A DNA stretch of 63,955 nt, the filler included, from Octopus bimaculoides (lineage: Eukaryota): assembly GCF_001194135.2 (NCBI RefSeq). It is 6 parts of 6 records of this genome, joined end to end, with 100 filler letters (N's around TTAATTAATTAA, not from the genome) between each part and the next. Parts side by side here need not be neighbours in the genome. Positions count along the whole stretch, not along the records: positions 1 to 25,304 come from NC_068985.1; 5 more parts are not named here. The stretch is one strand, 5' to 3'. The notes below the pieces were generated by a model. It did not search any database. It saw only the letters and a list, made by a program, of their open reading frames with translations, and was not told the origin of the DNA. Shown here in pieces: positions 10,681 to 24,249 of this stretch. The position numbers were made by a program, and so were the translations under genes. Numbering within the stretch: the first letter of the stretch is position 1; every line of letters begins with the position of its first letter.

Positions 10681-10888
10681 TCGGCATTTTAGGCAACCAG
10701 ACAAAATCCCCTCCCCAAAAGGAAAAAGACTATAAATTAAATCTAATTATTCCATAATCTTTTTTAAAAACACAAAGCGTCATTCGAACTCATAAAAAAT
10801 GTTTTTGTTTGTATTGTCCTGTATTGTACCATCTGTGTATGACATTTATTGTCCCAATAGAAAAATTCAGCTAGCAAGTCACGCTACT

Positions 10889-11003
10889 TCAGAGTGATGA
10901 TGAGCAATGACTCTGAGGCTAGTCTCTGGATGCTGGCTTTGCTGGGTGGAGGTGCTTATCTCCCCTTTGAAAACATATGAACACAGGAAATGTATCAAGG
11001 CCC
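10889..11003 (+). repeat. Inverted copy of the hammerhead-bearing repeat at 5826-5941 (ribozyme core mutated)
   Basis: About 14 mismatches in ~116 bp against the reverse complement of 5826-5942. Core reads GUGAUGA and GAGG; stem I UCAGA/UCUGG and a GUC triplet are retained. Confidence 0.9.
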
Positions 11004-11255
11004 ACAGGAAACAGTGTTTCCTAGGGCTAAATAGCAGTAGCATTCTTCCCTTTCATGGGACTGTCACATTACGTTGACAACATACCATCACTTTATTGTG
11101 ATGCTACTGTAATAATCTCTCTGAGAGATATAAAAATGTAATATTTCTGTATATATATATATATATATATCGAGTTTCGCTAAATATTCGAATATATCAT
11201 TCAATTTCAGTGTAATAATTTCTGCACTATGGATTATATAATCATTGGTATAGAA

Positions 11256-11405
11256 AGGCGGTGAGCTGGCAAAATCGTTTGCACACTGGAGAAAAATTCT
11301 TACCGAGCATTTTCGCCGTTCTTACGTCTTGAGTTCAAATCTCACCATGATCGACTTTGCCGTTTCTCTTTGCAGTGTCGATCAAAGAAATACCATAGAA
11401 CACTG
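11256..11405 (+). mobile_element. SINE family B, degenerate
   Basis: AGGCGGTGAGCTGGCAAAATCG..TTGAGTTCAAATC..GATCGACTTTGCC. Confidence 0.7.
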
Positions 11406-11841
11406 GCAAGCAATTAGGCTACACCCCGTAACAATTACAATTCTTATGCCTATAATAGATAGTATTAATATAGGTATGCTCTCAATATAGTTTCGACTTA
11501 TTCCAGAAAATAAAAGTTTTCTCTTTATGTTCCTTTTTATATCTATGAAGACGCGGGTATGATTAAAAGAACAATGTTTAAATTTGCCGCAAACGATACT
11601 GAAATCAATATTTTAAATTCTGCGAAATGATATCAGCTTTCGGCTGATATCATAATTTCGTAGCAGCATTTGTTTCTCTCTCCTTGCCCATCTCATAGTG
11701 ATCATTCCAAGAATTCTCTTCTATAACTATGTAGCTATAAAGCAATTTAAGAGGAGGATAATCATAATTGTTATAATTTTCAAATAATTCAGGCACGCAC
11801 GCACACACAGACACACGCACATGCACGCAGAGACGCTTATA

Positions 11842-11966
<125 letters not shown>

Positions 11967-12101
11967 CGGCTTTCTGTGCACTTCATGCTACAAAATTTCA
12001 TTATGAAGAATGAGGGCTAAAATGAAGAAGTGATGCTACATTAAAAAAATATTTGCCAAAGGTTGGATTTGAAATTGTATATAAGTGCGTTGCATATAAA
12101 T

Positions 12102-12209
<108 letters not shown>

Positions 12210-12981
12210 ATGTGTATATACACGTTATGTAATTGGCAACGGAGTGGTATAAAAATGTAAAAGAGAATATCGTGGTTCAAAGCAATCTTAATAACCTATT
12301 TTAACAATCATAAAAATCTGTATATATACATGATGTTATATGTGGAGTGCACGTCTTTGTGACCACATGTAGTTGAGTTGGTACGCATTCCTACATGTTT
12401 GTGTGCGTGCATGTGTGTACGGGCGCACGTATATATTTGTATGCGCATGTTGTAAGTGACTGTAATTCGTGAGTGTGGAATTATGAGCACAGGTTTAACG
12501 GGACATAATTGGGAAACGATGTAATGCAAATATGATATTTCAAACGCCAAGTATTTTGACCATAGTTTTTCCTTCAAAGGTATCGACAGCATCATCTAGA
12601 GAGACATGAATGTGACACAGGAAATAAGCAAAGCCAACCCAACAACAATAAAAGCTAAGAGGTCGCCAGTTTTTTGAACGTGACAAGGTCGTTCGTCTTT
12701 AAGCTTGCCAAACGAGCTGGAGGACAAAGTTTGTTCAGCTAGTACAGGCCATAGTGAAAGGACAGTTAAGGTTAGAGAGAAACATTTGACCCTGTCATGT
12801 ATCGTTTCCTTGTTTGCTCTGAAACTCACTATCCTTGGATGTGATAGAGGTTTTATTGATTTGCTTGTCTTTTTTTAATTTATTTATTTATAAACGTGTA
12901 TGTCAATTCGATGGAGAATTTTTCTTTCTATTTAATATCATTGTCTTCCGTAATATCTAACTTGTTTTCCAATTACTTTAC

Positions 12982-13040
<59 letters not shown>

Positions 13041-13774
13041 NNNNNNNNNNNNNNNNNNNNNNNNNNNNNNNNNNNNNNNNNNNNNNNNNNNNNNNNNNNN
13101 NNNNNNNNNNNNNNNNNNNNNNNNNNNNNNNNNNNNNNNNNNNNNNNNNNNNNNNNNNNNNNNNNNNNNNNNNNNNNNNNNNNNNNNNNNNNNNNNNNNN
13201 NNNNNNNNNNNNNNNNNNNNNNNNNNNNNNNNNNNNNNNNNNNNNNNNNNNNNNNNNNNNNNNNNNNNNNNNNNNNNNNNNNNNNNNNNNNNNNNNNNNN
13301 NNNNNNNNNNNNNNNNNNNNNNNNNNNNNNNNNNNNNNNNNNNNNNNNNNNNNNNNNNNNNNNNNNNNNNNNNNNNNNNNNNNNNNNNNNNNNNNNNNNN
13401 NNNNNNNNNNNNNNNNNNNNNNNNNNNNNNNNNNNNNNNNNNNNNNNNNNNNNNNNNNNNNNNNNNNNNNNNNNNNNNNNNNNNNNNNNNNNNNNNNNNN
13501 NNNNNNNNNNNNNNNNNNNNNNNNNNNNNNNNNNNNNNNNNNNNNNNNNNNNNNNNNNNNNNNNNNNNNNNNNNNNNNNNNNNNNNNNNNNNNNNNNNNN
13601 NNNNNNNNNNNNNNNNNNNNNNNNNNNNNNNNNNNNNNNNNNNNNNNNNNNNNNNNNNNNNNNNNNNNNNNNNNNNNNNNNNNNNNNNNNNNNNNNNNNN
13701 NNNNNNNNNNNNNNNNNNNNNNNNNNNNNNNNNNNNNNNNNNNNNNNNNNNNNNNNNNNNNNNNNNNNNNNNNN

Positions 13775-13824
<50 letters not shown>

Positions 13825-14026
13825 TTTGTAAATATATTTCTATATAGAGATATATGTATGTATATGTTTATATGTAAGATAACATACATATATATAAATA
13901 CATACATATGGTTATATACGTACATATAACATCAATATATATGCATGTGCATATGTATGTTTGCATGTGTATATATTATTGATTTCTCTAAATTAACAAC
14001 GCCAAGTATTACACACACAGACGCAA

Positions 14027-14067
<41 letters not shown>

Positions 14068-14195
14068 ACAAACACATACACATATACACACACGCATCCG
14101 CGCGCGCGCCCCCACACATATATGTATATCTTGAAAGAGTTTCTACGCGATGGTTTGGTTTCATTGATGTTGTGAATCAGAGGTTAATAGGCACA

Positions 14196-14363
14196 GGCGT
14201 GGGTGTATAGTAAGAAGCTTGCTTCTCAACCACATGGTCCTGGACTCCTACTGTGTGGAACCTTGGGCAAGTGTCTTCTTTAAAGCCTCAAGCCAACCAA
14301 ACCCTTGTGAGTGGATTTGTTTGACAGAAACTGAAAGAAGACCGTTGTGTATATATTATATAC

Positions 14364-14409
<46 letters not shown>

Positions 14410-14414
14410 GTATG

Positions 14415-14446
<32 letters not shown>

Positions 14447-14638
14447 CGTGTGTGTGTATTCGTGTGTGTGCCTTTGTGCATGTGTTTCTCCCCATCAACC
14501 TCTTGACAACCGTCCCTGTAACTTAGCGTTTCGACAAAAGAGTCCTGGGTTCTATTCGTTCGAATAAGACGCTCCTAAGGCTTTGCTCCAGCATGGCTGC
14601 AGTCGAATATCTGAAACAAATAAAAGAATAAAAGAATA
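14196..14638 (+). mobile_element. SINE family A, full length with expanded internal microsatellite
   Basis: Head at 14196-14345, TA/TG tract to ~14480, 3' module ending CCAGCATGGCTGCAGTC..TAAAAGAATAAAAG. Confidence 0.85.
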
Positions 14639-14937
14639 GACAATGTTCCGTTTATACAGATAGTGTAGTGATTAACGTCCTAAAAGTATTTGTACATTGT
14701 TTCAAATTATATTTAGGATTTTTGTAAGAATTACCTCACTGTCGTCTTCAGACGTTTTCTCGCCACTGAGTACATACATACACATATACATACATACATA
14801 CATACATACATACACACACACGTAGATACGTACATAGGCTCATAGTACATACATATACGTGCATTCATACATATATACCTACGTACATACATACAAATAT
14901 TACTTAAGCCAATTCACAGCTTGTCAATTGCGCCAGC

Positions 14938-15055
14938 ATGCGTTTTATTTTGCCAGGTAAATGGCAGTTACAGATAGCAGAAGGTATTCTGATTCCTGTA
15001 ATACTACTACTGTTCCTGACAATATTCCCCCCCCCCCAAGCTGTCAGTGAGACCC
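14938..15055 (+). CDS. Candidate first coding exon encoding a signal peptide of an unidentified host gene
   Basis: AG at 14918-14919, A at -3 of ATG 14938. Encodes MRFILPGKWQLQIAEG-ILIPVILLLFLTIF-PPPQAVSET, then a phase-1 donor C|GTAAGA at 15056. Confidence 0.42.
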
Positions 15056-16689
15056 GTAAGAATGTAAAAGCCACAGAGACAGCGCTATCCGCACACAACT
15101 CTACCAAACCTGTATCTTCGTAAACTGACTCAACAGCTTCAACTGCAAAATAAATGCTGCTAAAATGCATTTTGCAAGCACAGTATAAAAACAATTTCAC
15201 CAACTTTGCTAAGTAATATTTAAGCAATAGACGTTTAATTTGTATCTCTTGATAAAATTTATCAACAATATCGCTGGAGAAGGTGTAAAAATAGATGAAA
15301 ACTCATGTTAGAACATTGATATATTGCTACTGTTTCCCGGATGGAACGTCTGTGAGATATTTACAAAGAACGCAGCAATGAAACAAGCCATTACAAACAC
15401 TCTTGGTTGATAACGACTCTGGAAGAAAACATAACGAATTTATGCCGCAAAATAGAGCACTTAAACGCCATTATAAAGTATGAGTTCTCGACACACCAGC
15501 AACACTTCCCGAGAAAACTAACGAAAATGTGCGGATATGCTAGTCCAAATCTCGAGCGAAAATTAATAACCGTGAACCATAAACTTAAAACTGAATGAAA
15601 GTCTCTGCTGCCATAAAAATATAGTAAAGCGAGCCAAGATAAGCTACAAGTTTGCGTTTACCTGCAGACTTGAGGTTTATACAACAAACTGTATACAGGA
15701 GGAAAATGTTGTAAAAGTGACCCCTTAGCAAGAAGGTCTAACATCATAAGTTCTGGAAAGAGAGTAAGGATTTTACTCGGTATGTAACATGGCTAAATAC
15801 AATAACTCCAGAATATTTATTTCAAATTTTGACACACGGCCAGCCATTTCGGGAAGGGAGTGCTACTTATTTTATCAACCCCGAAATGATGAAAGCCAAT
15901 GTCGATCTCGGGGACATTTGAACACTGAACGTAAATACGGTCAATAACTCAAGAATTTTATACCACCATCAGCACTTAATTTATACAATCGACGTTGAAA
16001 TTTTTTATAAATGTCGCGGGATAGCTACATAATGAGAAGGGACCAAGAAAAGAAGTCATAGTCGGCCATACCTACAAGTTGTTAACATTTTATAGAAGAC
16101 CACTAGTATACATGCTTCAAGTAGATACACCGAACTGATTTGCCACAGTAGCGACCAAACCGTGCAGCAAAGTACAAAAACATTACTTGAATAGAGACTA
16201 TAAGGCCTATAAGCCTACTTTAACATTATGAACAAATTATACACTTCCTTGATCAAGGTCTTCCAGTATAATGTATTTACTGAGTAAGCAGATGGAAATC
16301 GTGGAGGAGTAGTGAACAACTTTTGGTAAATAAAACTGCACTGTGTGAAGTAAGAAAAAAAACGAAGTTGCTTTACGACAGAATGATCAGGTTACAGATT
16401 GGTTCGATTATAGACTCTTTCCCCACTCATATCTACTGAAATTACTAGAGTTGGCAGAAGTACCTACAGCTCATCAAGTGTGATCCACAATTCTTACACG
16501 CATATCTGAAAGTGGAGCGAGCGACTGTCTCTCATTTTATGATTAAATTGACTGCAGTTTTCAAAGGTAATAGCTATCAAAATTTTTGTTCATTTGGTTC
16601 CCCCTCCTTCTGTCTGCCTCTCTCTCTCTCTCTCCCTCCCACAATATTTGTATGCTTTGCGTAGGGCAATGGGCACATGTAGTTATGAA

Positions 16690-17062
16690 CAACTCCAGTC
16701 CATAACCATACACATCCACGCACACTCATACACATACGGAAACACATAAAGACATGCATAAACACACGCACACACATGCACGTGCACATATGCACACATA
16801 TACACGGGTACACGCACGCAATCATACACACAGGCGCTTCCTAATTCAAAATATAACCGATTATACCACACGAACACAACACGCCTGAACGCACACACAT
16901 AAGCAAACACACATATACATACATGCATGCATACATAAATACCTACATACATCCACGCATGCGTGCATGCATGCATATATACATAGATACATGCGTGCAT
17001 GCATGGATCCATACATAAACATACATGCACACATACATACATACATACAAACATACATACAA

Positions 17063-17093
<31 letters not shown>

Positions 17094-17135
17094 CATACAT
17101 ACATGCATACATACATACATACATACATACATAGG
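16690..17135. repeat. Compound CA/(CATA)n/(CATG) low-complexity tract
   Basis: Direct reading. Confidence 0.9.
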
Positions 17136-18462
17136 CATAATACTACTTCTCAGACAGACTGTAACCAGACCTTGAAGAGTGAGGACATGTCATTGATGAG
17201 GTCGCAAATAATGACAAAGGGACTACAATAGACACAACTAACACCAGACGAACTGCTCAATCAACACATTAAACAAACTATTGAACATTCAATTAGTAAA
17301 ATAGAGAAGTGGTATTGAACCAGTGCGTGTGTCTATTTTAATTTGTATTGCCATAATGACTATCCCTAGACACAAGAATTGCTTCAAGACACAAGTTCAC
17401 ATCAAGAATTTTGCAAATCAAGTGCAAAAACGAAGTGTGTATATGTGTATAGGTGTTTATTTGTGGGTGGGTGTCTGTGTGTGTATGTATGTGTAATGTA
17501 TGTAAACCTTCGTACGCTTATTCGCAATTGATGTTACGTTACAATTATATTTATATGTCTTTATAAAAGGTGTATTACACATTGACACATTGGCATATAT
17601 TTATTGGATACAATGTATTTAATTGTTTTGAGTCATGTAAATGACTTGTACCCATTTTATCGATATGAATATGATATAGTTAAATTTAGCATATTTTGAA
17701 CAGGCAAGTAAGAAACTTATTACTGCAAAATATTTAGCTTATCACTCTCAGATATCTAACACACCACAGTCAGGCTATCAATCTAAACACGTCGCTTTGT
17801 TTTTAAGCAATTAGTTGCATTTCTCTTTCATTGAAGAGTGTTAGCATATATCCTTCCGTAGAAAAATAACAACATCCAATAACATTATAATCCTCTAAAT
17901 TTGGAAATCTAAAATTCAGTTTCCAATTCAAATTAATGTTAGCAGTCCCCAGTGAGTTAATCGAATAGAATCATTCAAGCTTTATTGCTTAATGTATAAA
18001 TTAAATACGCTATTTTTATTAAAATATGTACTGTAAAATATATAACATTGAAAGCTTTAATGATAAAGATCGACATGCATTTAACCCAGCTGCATCTAAT
18101 AAACAAGATATTTGTAATGGTAGGCATATTAAAAGGAATTTAAGTGATAGACAGAATCAATGCCTGATACTTGATGTAAAAAGTTTTAATTTGAATTTCC
18201 TGATGCCGCTCCTCAAGTCATACAGCTAGGAACGTAATGACGTTCATATGAAATATAAAAACAAATCAACGATTTGCTGATGAAAATATTCATTTAAATG
18301 TAATGTTATATTACCAAATACGAAATAAGAAAACAATAACATGAACATGTGATGGTGAGACATTTACACGAAAGGTAATATCTAGAAACAAAACATTTAG
18401 TTAACATATGGAGGATGATAACGTAATAAATATGAAGTAGAAAAAGGAAATTGAACACGTTG

Positions 18463-18500
<38 letters not shown>

Positions 18501-18950
18501 AAATACAAATTGGTAAGTGACTGAAAGCTTCATGTACAGAAAACAAGGAGGAAAAGGGTTCAATATATTTTGATGATATAGCCATGAATGATCTGATATG
18601 AAGAGCATCAGTCGAAGTTTGATTTCACCAAAGAAATACAATGTAATAAATTACATAAATTAAATATAATTAATATAAAATGTAATATAATAAATAATTC
18701 TCGGTGACTACCAACTGGGAGATGTATGAGTCGATAAATAGCAGGAAAGCAGAATCTCGAGAAACCATACTTGTGAGAGAGGTCGTTGTTGTTGGACTCA
18801 AGGTGAGCTTAATGAAGCTATTCTATGATGAACGATATTGCAATTACCATTCCCCCTTCTCTCCAGATTTAATTATCTAAGACCAGCTTATCTATTTTAA
18901 AGACGATAATGAGTTCAATGCAAAACGTCATCAGGTTAAAATGTATAATG

Positions 18951-19184
18951 TATTATTTCTTTACTACCCACAAGGGGCTACACACAGAGGGGACACACAA
19001 GGACAGACAAACGGATTAAGTCGATTATATCGACCCCAGTGCGTAACTGGTACTTATTTAATCGACCCCGAAAGGATGAAAGGCAAAGTCGACCTCGGCG
19101 GAATTTGAACTCAGAACGTAGCGGCAGACGAAATACCGCTAAGCATTTCGCCCGGCGTGCTAACGGTTCTGCCAGCTCACCGCC
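18951..19184 (-). mobile_element. SINE family B, near full length
   Basis: Reverse complement GGCGGTGAGCTGGCAGAACCGTTAGCACGCCGGGCG..TTCTGAGTTCAAATTCCGCCGAGGTCGACTTTGCCTTTCATCCTTTCGGGGTCGATTAAATAAGTACCAG. About 90% similar to the copies at 24250, 59650 and 60040. Confidence 0.9.
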
Positions 19185-19970
19185 TTGTATAGTGTATATA
19201 CAGCGTTATTGCAATACAGAGGGGTAAGTGTAGCGCCCATAACCGCTTAAGGGCCGCCAAGCCGTAGAAATAAAAGAGGGAATTATTCTCAGACTCGAAT
19301 ATTTACAATAAAATGGACTTCACACACCACTAAAGTCGTTCAAGAAACTGGATGTTATGCGAAATTAGACAACTGAGTAAACCTACCCCATTCTCCTTAA
19401 GAACAGAAGCTGAGTTTCCACAGTCTTCGTCCAGCAAATTTCACTCACAAAACTTTTTTCTACACTTACTTAAGGTGCCGCACATTGGTATCGATCCTAA
19501 AACACACAGCGTACAGACATCATTTCTTCAAGATCAAAGTTACCACGTGACGCTTTTATGTTTGTTCCCGGTAGAAGTTTACTCTCCTGCCTTACACTGC
19601 GATTCAATTACAAGAAAGACGTAAGCGTGATATTTACAATTTCACATAAATAAAATTTGATAGTACTGACATCATCTGGCAACAATATCTAATACCATCA
19701 CATGTTGATATTGACAATGTGGAATGATAGTATTTGGAATCAATTTAATAAGCGACTTAATAAGCGGAATAGAGAGCAATTTAAACAAAATATCTTTTTA
19801 AAATTAAGAAAAGCAAAATAAATATGCAATATTAATAAAATAATATTCAAGGTAATACTAAACAGTTTTACATTGAAATAAGCAATGGTCAAGTATCACG
19901 TAGATAACTTTGTTTATTAGAAAATTACTATTTTTAAATCTCACAACGAGAGATATTCAGCAATAGTACT

Positions 19971-20335
19971 TTGGAGTAAAAATTGCTTGCCAACATAACA
20001 TGGAAATCCCAGTTTTAGGACGAATGTTGCTGTAATTCAGCCCCAGGAGACATCGTCTCCAGCTGGCTATATGACACGATCTGCGTCCTTATACGTTCGA
20101 ACAAGGGAATCTAGCACCCCCCCCCCATACAGCTCAAAGCAATAACCCGAAATCGCGATACACAGATATTGTTTTGAGCTTAGTGGGGGTGGTAGATTCC
20201 CTTGTTCGAAAGTATAAGGACACAGATCGTGACGTATAGCCAGCTGGAGACGATGTCTCCTGAGGCTAAATTACAGCAACATTCGTCCTAAAACCAGGAC
20301 TGCCATGTTATGTTGGCAAACAATCTTTATTCCAA
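19971..20335. repeat. Foldback/MITE-like inverted repeat, ~170-bp arms, 22-nt loop
   Basis: 19971-20144 is the reverse complement of 20167-20335 (~85-90% by eye). Confidence 0.95.
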
Positions 20336-20410
20336 CATTGTTTATATTGGAAATATTCTACAGATAATGAAGCATATTCCAAAATACTTATATATTTAAT
20401 ATAAATTATA

Positions 20411-20556
20411 GGCATGCATCTGTGGTAAGAAGCTTGCTTCCCCACCAAACGGTTCCGGGTTCAGTCTCACTTTGTGACACCTTGATCAAGTGTCTTCTAC
20501 TAGAGTCTGGGGCCGATCAAAGATTTGCGAATAGATTTGAAAGACTTAAACTGAAA
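20411..20556 (+). mobile_element. SINE family A head, followed by (TA)n
   Basis: CTGTGGTAAGAAGCTTGCTTCCC..CGGTTCCGGGTTCAGTCTCAC..AACTGAAAGAAAC. Confidence 0.8.
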
Positions 20557-20567
20557 GAAACTCATCG

Positions 20568-20603
<36 letters not shown>

Positions 20604-23600
20604 NNNNNNNNNNNNNNNTATATATATACGTATATGAATGTGTGTGCGTGCGTGCGCGTGTGTGTATATGCTTGCGTGTTTGTCTTTGTGTTTGTCACCA
20701 CCACCGCTTGCCAATGAGCCCAAAACATAGCTGTTCAGCAAAAAAAAACCGATATAATAATTACCAGTCTTTGCAAAAAATTATGAGGAGGAGGTCGATT
20801 TATTTCACTAAAACCGCGCAAAGCGGTGCCCCAGTATAACTGCAATCCAATCACTGAAGTATATAAAAAATAAAAAAGCACACTGGAGAATGAAGAGAAT
20901 CTAGCGCATAAACCCCATATATTTTTTTTAATTTGAATATTTAAAAACATCTAAATATATGAAAACCAACTGAAACTACCGAAACAAATGCAGTTTTATA
21001 GTACAAATAAATTTGTTAGTTATTTTAATTTGTTATGAACTTCACAAAGTACGGATCGACCCTAATTCATGGACATGAATTCCAGCACCTTAGCTTGTGT
21101 TCATGGTATCCAGCCCGTTATAACTGGTATACTTAAAGGCGAAGAATATACACAGACGAAGACATCGAATATATAGAGACAGTCGACTGTCTACAATTTC
21201 GGAATTTGTTTCTCTATAGAAAGAAAGCGACATGTATGAACTTTGAATAGATTCAATAATAATCGGAAAGTACCGATGTATAATCACTGAAAGTTGACGC
21301 CTTTATTGCACGTACTTGATCACAGTGCAAGTGTAAATGGCCGGGTTGTTGCATGTCAATAAGTTGAATTGTTAAGTTTATGCATTTTCAGTTATCATCG
21401 AGTATAGCATCAATTAAACTCACCAGTGATGGGTTCCCTTCAACAGTTGATTTCAGATTAAATATAATAAAACGCTTCATGAATCGTATTACCCCGGGTG
21501 TCAACTCCATGTAAGTTTGTGCAACTGGAAATCATAAACTCGTAATTCCCAGCTATTATTGTTCCTATAAAATTTGTTTTATAAAATTTGGTTTATAGAT
21601 GAGTTAACGAGAACACATATTTTCATGATAAATCGATTTGCAATATAACTGGCTATATGAACGTATCTATGTAATAAATCAATCGGTTACAATTAATCAT
21701 CAGATCACTTTCCATCCAGGACCTACAGTCTTAAAGCAGGCATATAGGATAATGTAATGCGGAGTAGATATTTGTTAATAGAAGAAACAAACCAAAAAGC
21801 AAAAAGAAAATAAATGCAAAAATACCCCCCCCCCCAAAAAACAAAAAGAATGAAACAAAACAAAAGAGGATTTGAATTTGGACATAATTCTGCTCGATCA
21901 CACACAACTGAGTGTTAAGCAAAACCATTCTCTACAGACTGTGAGGAAGCAATGCACGTTAAATCGCTAGCATCAGTGCCTACGACGCTGCGTCTACTGA
22001 TATAGACGTCATCACCACCTTTTTTTGTTTTTCTTTATGCGTAATGACACATAATTTCTGCTGTGAGATGGTTTTGCTGTTGGTTACTGGTTTGCACTGG
22101 AGAGAGAAACTATATCCAAGGCTCTCGCATAATGTGTGCGTGTGTGCGTGCATGTGTGTGTTTGTGTGTGTGTATGTATGTATGTATGTATGTAGAGCGA
22201 CCGACATAAATAAGCATGGTTCTGTATTTACCGGAGGTTATTATCCTGGCTCTTTTGTGAAGGAGGATGTTAGCAAAGGCAAATCAATACATTTGAGTGG
22301 GCTACTAGAGTCTCATAGGTAACATTGAAGACTTCAAAACCCGTGACTGTAACCCTTATTGCTCATGATCAACACACAAGTTGTTATTTGTTTAAACGTT
22401 CAGATGTTAGATCATAATTGCATTTCTCATTGTAGTATAAGCCTGAATAATTGAAAATTCTCTGACGGGAATTCATGACGATATCGAAGTGTCTTAACAG
22501 CTGTGTTTAGCTTTATGAAAATGTAATTTAACGTTTCATAGAATGTCACTGGAAATTATATGTAATACTGACTGTCTAAAACAAATCATACATTTAGTTT
22601 TACTCTGATATTTAATATAAAATCTGAAATGTTAACGTGAAGTTGCGTGGTCAAGCGGTTAGCAGAGCTGGGCGTGTCCTGTTGATTAGGAGAATTGATT
22701 CGGTTCTCTGGCCTGGAGGCACGGTTTGTTGTTGAGTAAGATATTTCGTTTTATCTTGTTTCAGTTTACTCACCCGAAAAAGATTATCAGTGGTATCTGG
22801 ATGTTAATATTGCAATAAACTGGCGTCTCGTTTTGGAGATAGTGTTGTATATTTAAGCAGGGTGTAATTATAGTAAGTTATTAAAGAAGTGGTTAGTTAT
22901 TCAGCTAGTAACAATTTAGATAGTTATATCAGAGGTTATAATGCAACAAAGCTGAAGGTAAAAATATAGGTTGACACCAATCACGAGACTTCACAATTTG
23001 TGAGAATGGCCTACTAGACTTTGGCATACCGTGCTCGAGTAGAGAAAAGCTGTCGAGATAAGCCTAAAATATATATTAGGGAAACTGAACTGAAATTTTA
23101 AAAATCGATTTTATAAGCACAAGGATTCATTTTTCAACCCTAATACAATTTGCGCTACGGCTTTATCGAAATGTATATGCTTCTCAACCGAGCCTTCCAA
23201 ATTCTAAATTTGCTAGTCGATTGTAGATACGCTTAGACGAATAGCAGCTTCAAGTAAAAAGATGTGGTATAGCCTTTGTCTAAACGAAGATGAAAAATTT
23301 TGTTTTCAGGAAGTAACGATTTCAACTCAAGGACTGAATTGGTTGTACCTTATACGCACTGAGCTAAGTTCTTTGTTTTTCTATCTGGTTCAGAAGAATA
23401 AAACATTGGTTTATAAGTATTTCTAAAAAAGTTGTCTTCAAAATAGTGCATAAAAAAGATATACAATTTCTTGAAAAAAGCAAATCTTAAAGTGACCTCC
23501 CTTGTATGAGGTTTAAAAATAGAATCAACTGATATGGCAAGACATGTTTGGAGTATTCACATGTGTGTGAGAAATGAAATGAAATGAAATATATGAGCTT

Positions 23601-24249
23601 GAAACCAAATCAAACGGTCTCAAACAATGGATGACATTGGATGGTATAACTGCGAAAATGCCAGGCTGTTAATGTCTAGAATGCCTTTGAATCACAGATT
23701 TGCCAAATCATGATTTACCCAACGCTAAAAAATAACATATATGTTAAATCATGAATATGCTAACAAGAGTTCACAATATTTATAGCTTATCTGTTGTCAG
23801 ATATTCTATTTTGCATGGTAATACTATTCTTGTAAAACAGAAATCAACCGATTCTTGAAACCAAGATAACACCGTTATTTATTTTCGTACTTTGCGCTTA
23901 TTTGTCAGAAAAATGTTTTATTCATATTATACATGAAATATCTAGTTCGACAACTTTTGGATTCTTTTAGTACAACATTCATGCTATATATTAAACTTTC
24001 ATTTAAGGTCCACCAGATCTCTTATTGTTGGACCTTGTTTGATTAATTTTCTTTACACAACTGTCAGCTGAGATAGTGTTATAGGATCAAAAATAGCTGT
24101 GTGATTTAGAGGATTATTTTGCAGCTATGTAGCTTCAGGTTCGAGATAATAAGGTACTTTGTACTAGTAACTTTTGTCAAAGTCTTGTAAATTAAATTTA
24201 GTCAGTAGCGTCTCGGGTCCGAGGACTAAGAGGTTCGGTTACGCGGTTT

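Larger units (their letters stand above)
7734..10870 (+). mobile_element. Tx1/L1-clade LINE E2, two-ORF layout, RT domain deleted
   Basis: T-rich 5'UTR, ORF1 with CCHC knuckle, ORF2 starting with an APE endonuclease, then the Cys-rich ORF2 C-terminus, an A-rich tail, and a flanking direct repeat at 7719-7733 / 10871-10884. Confidence 0.85.

Noticed and set aside
15240-15600. Coiled-coil-like short ORF (TLEENITNLCRKIEHLN)
   Set aside because: Possibly an old LINE ORF1 scrap, but too degenerate to call.
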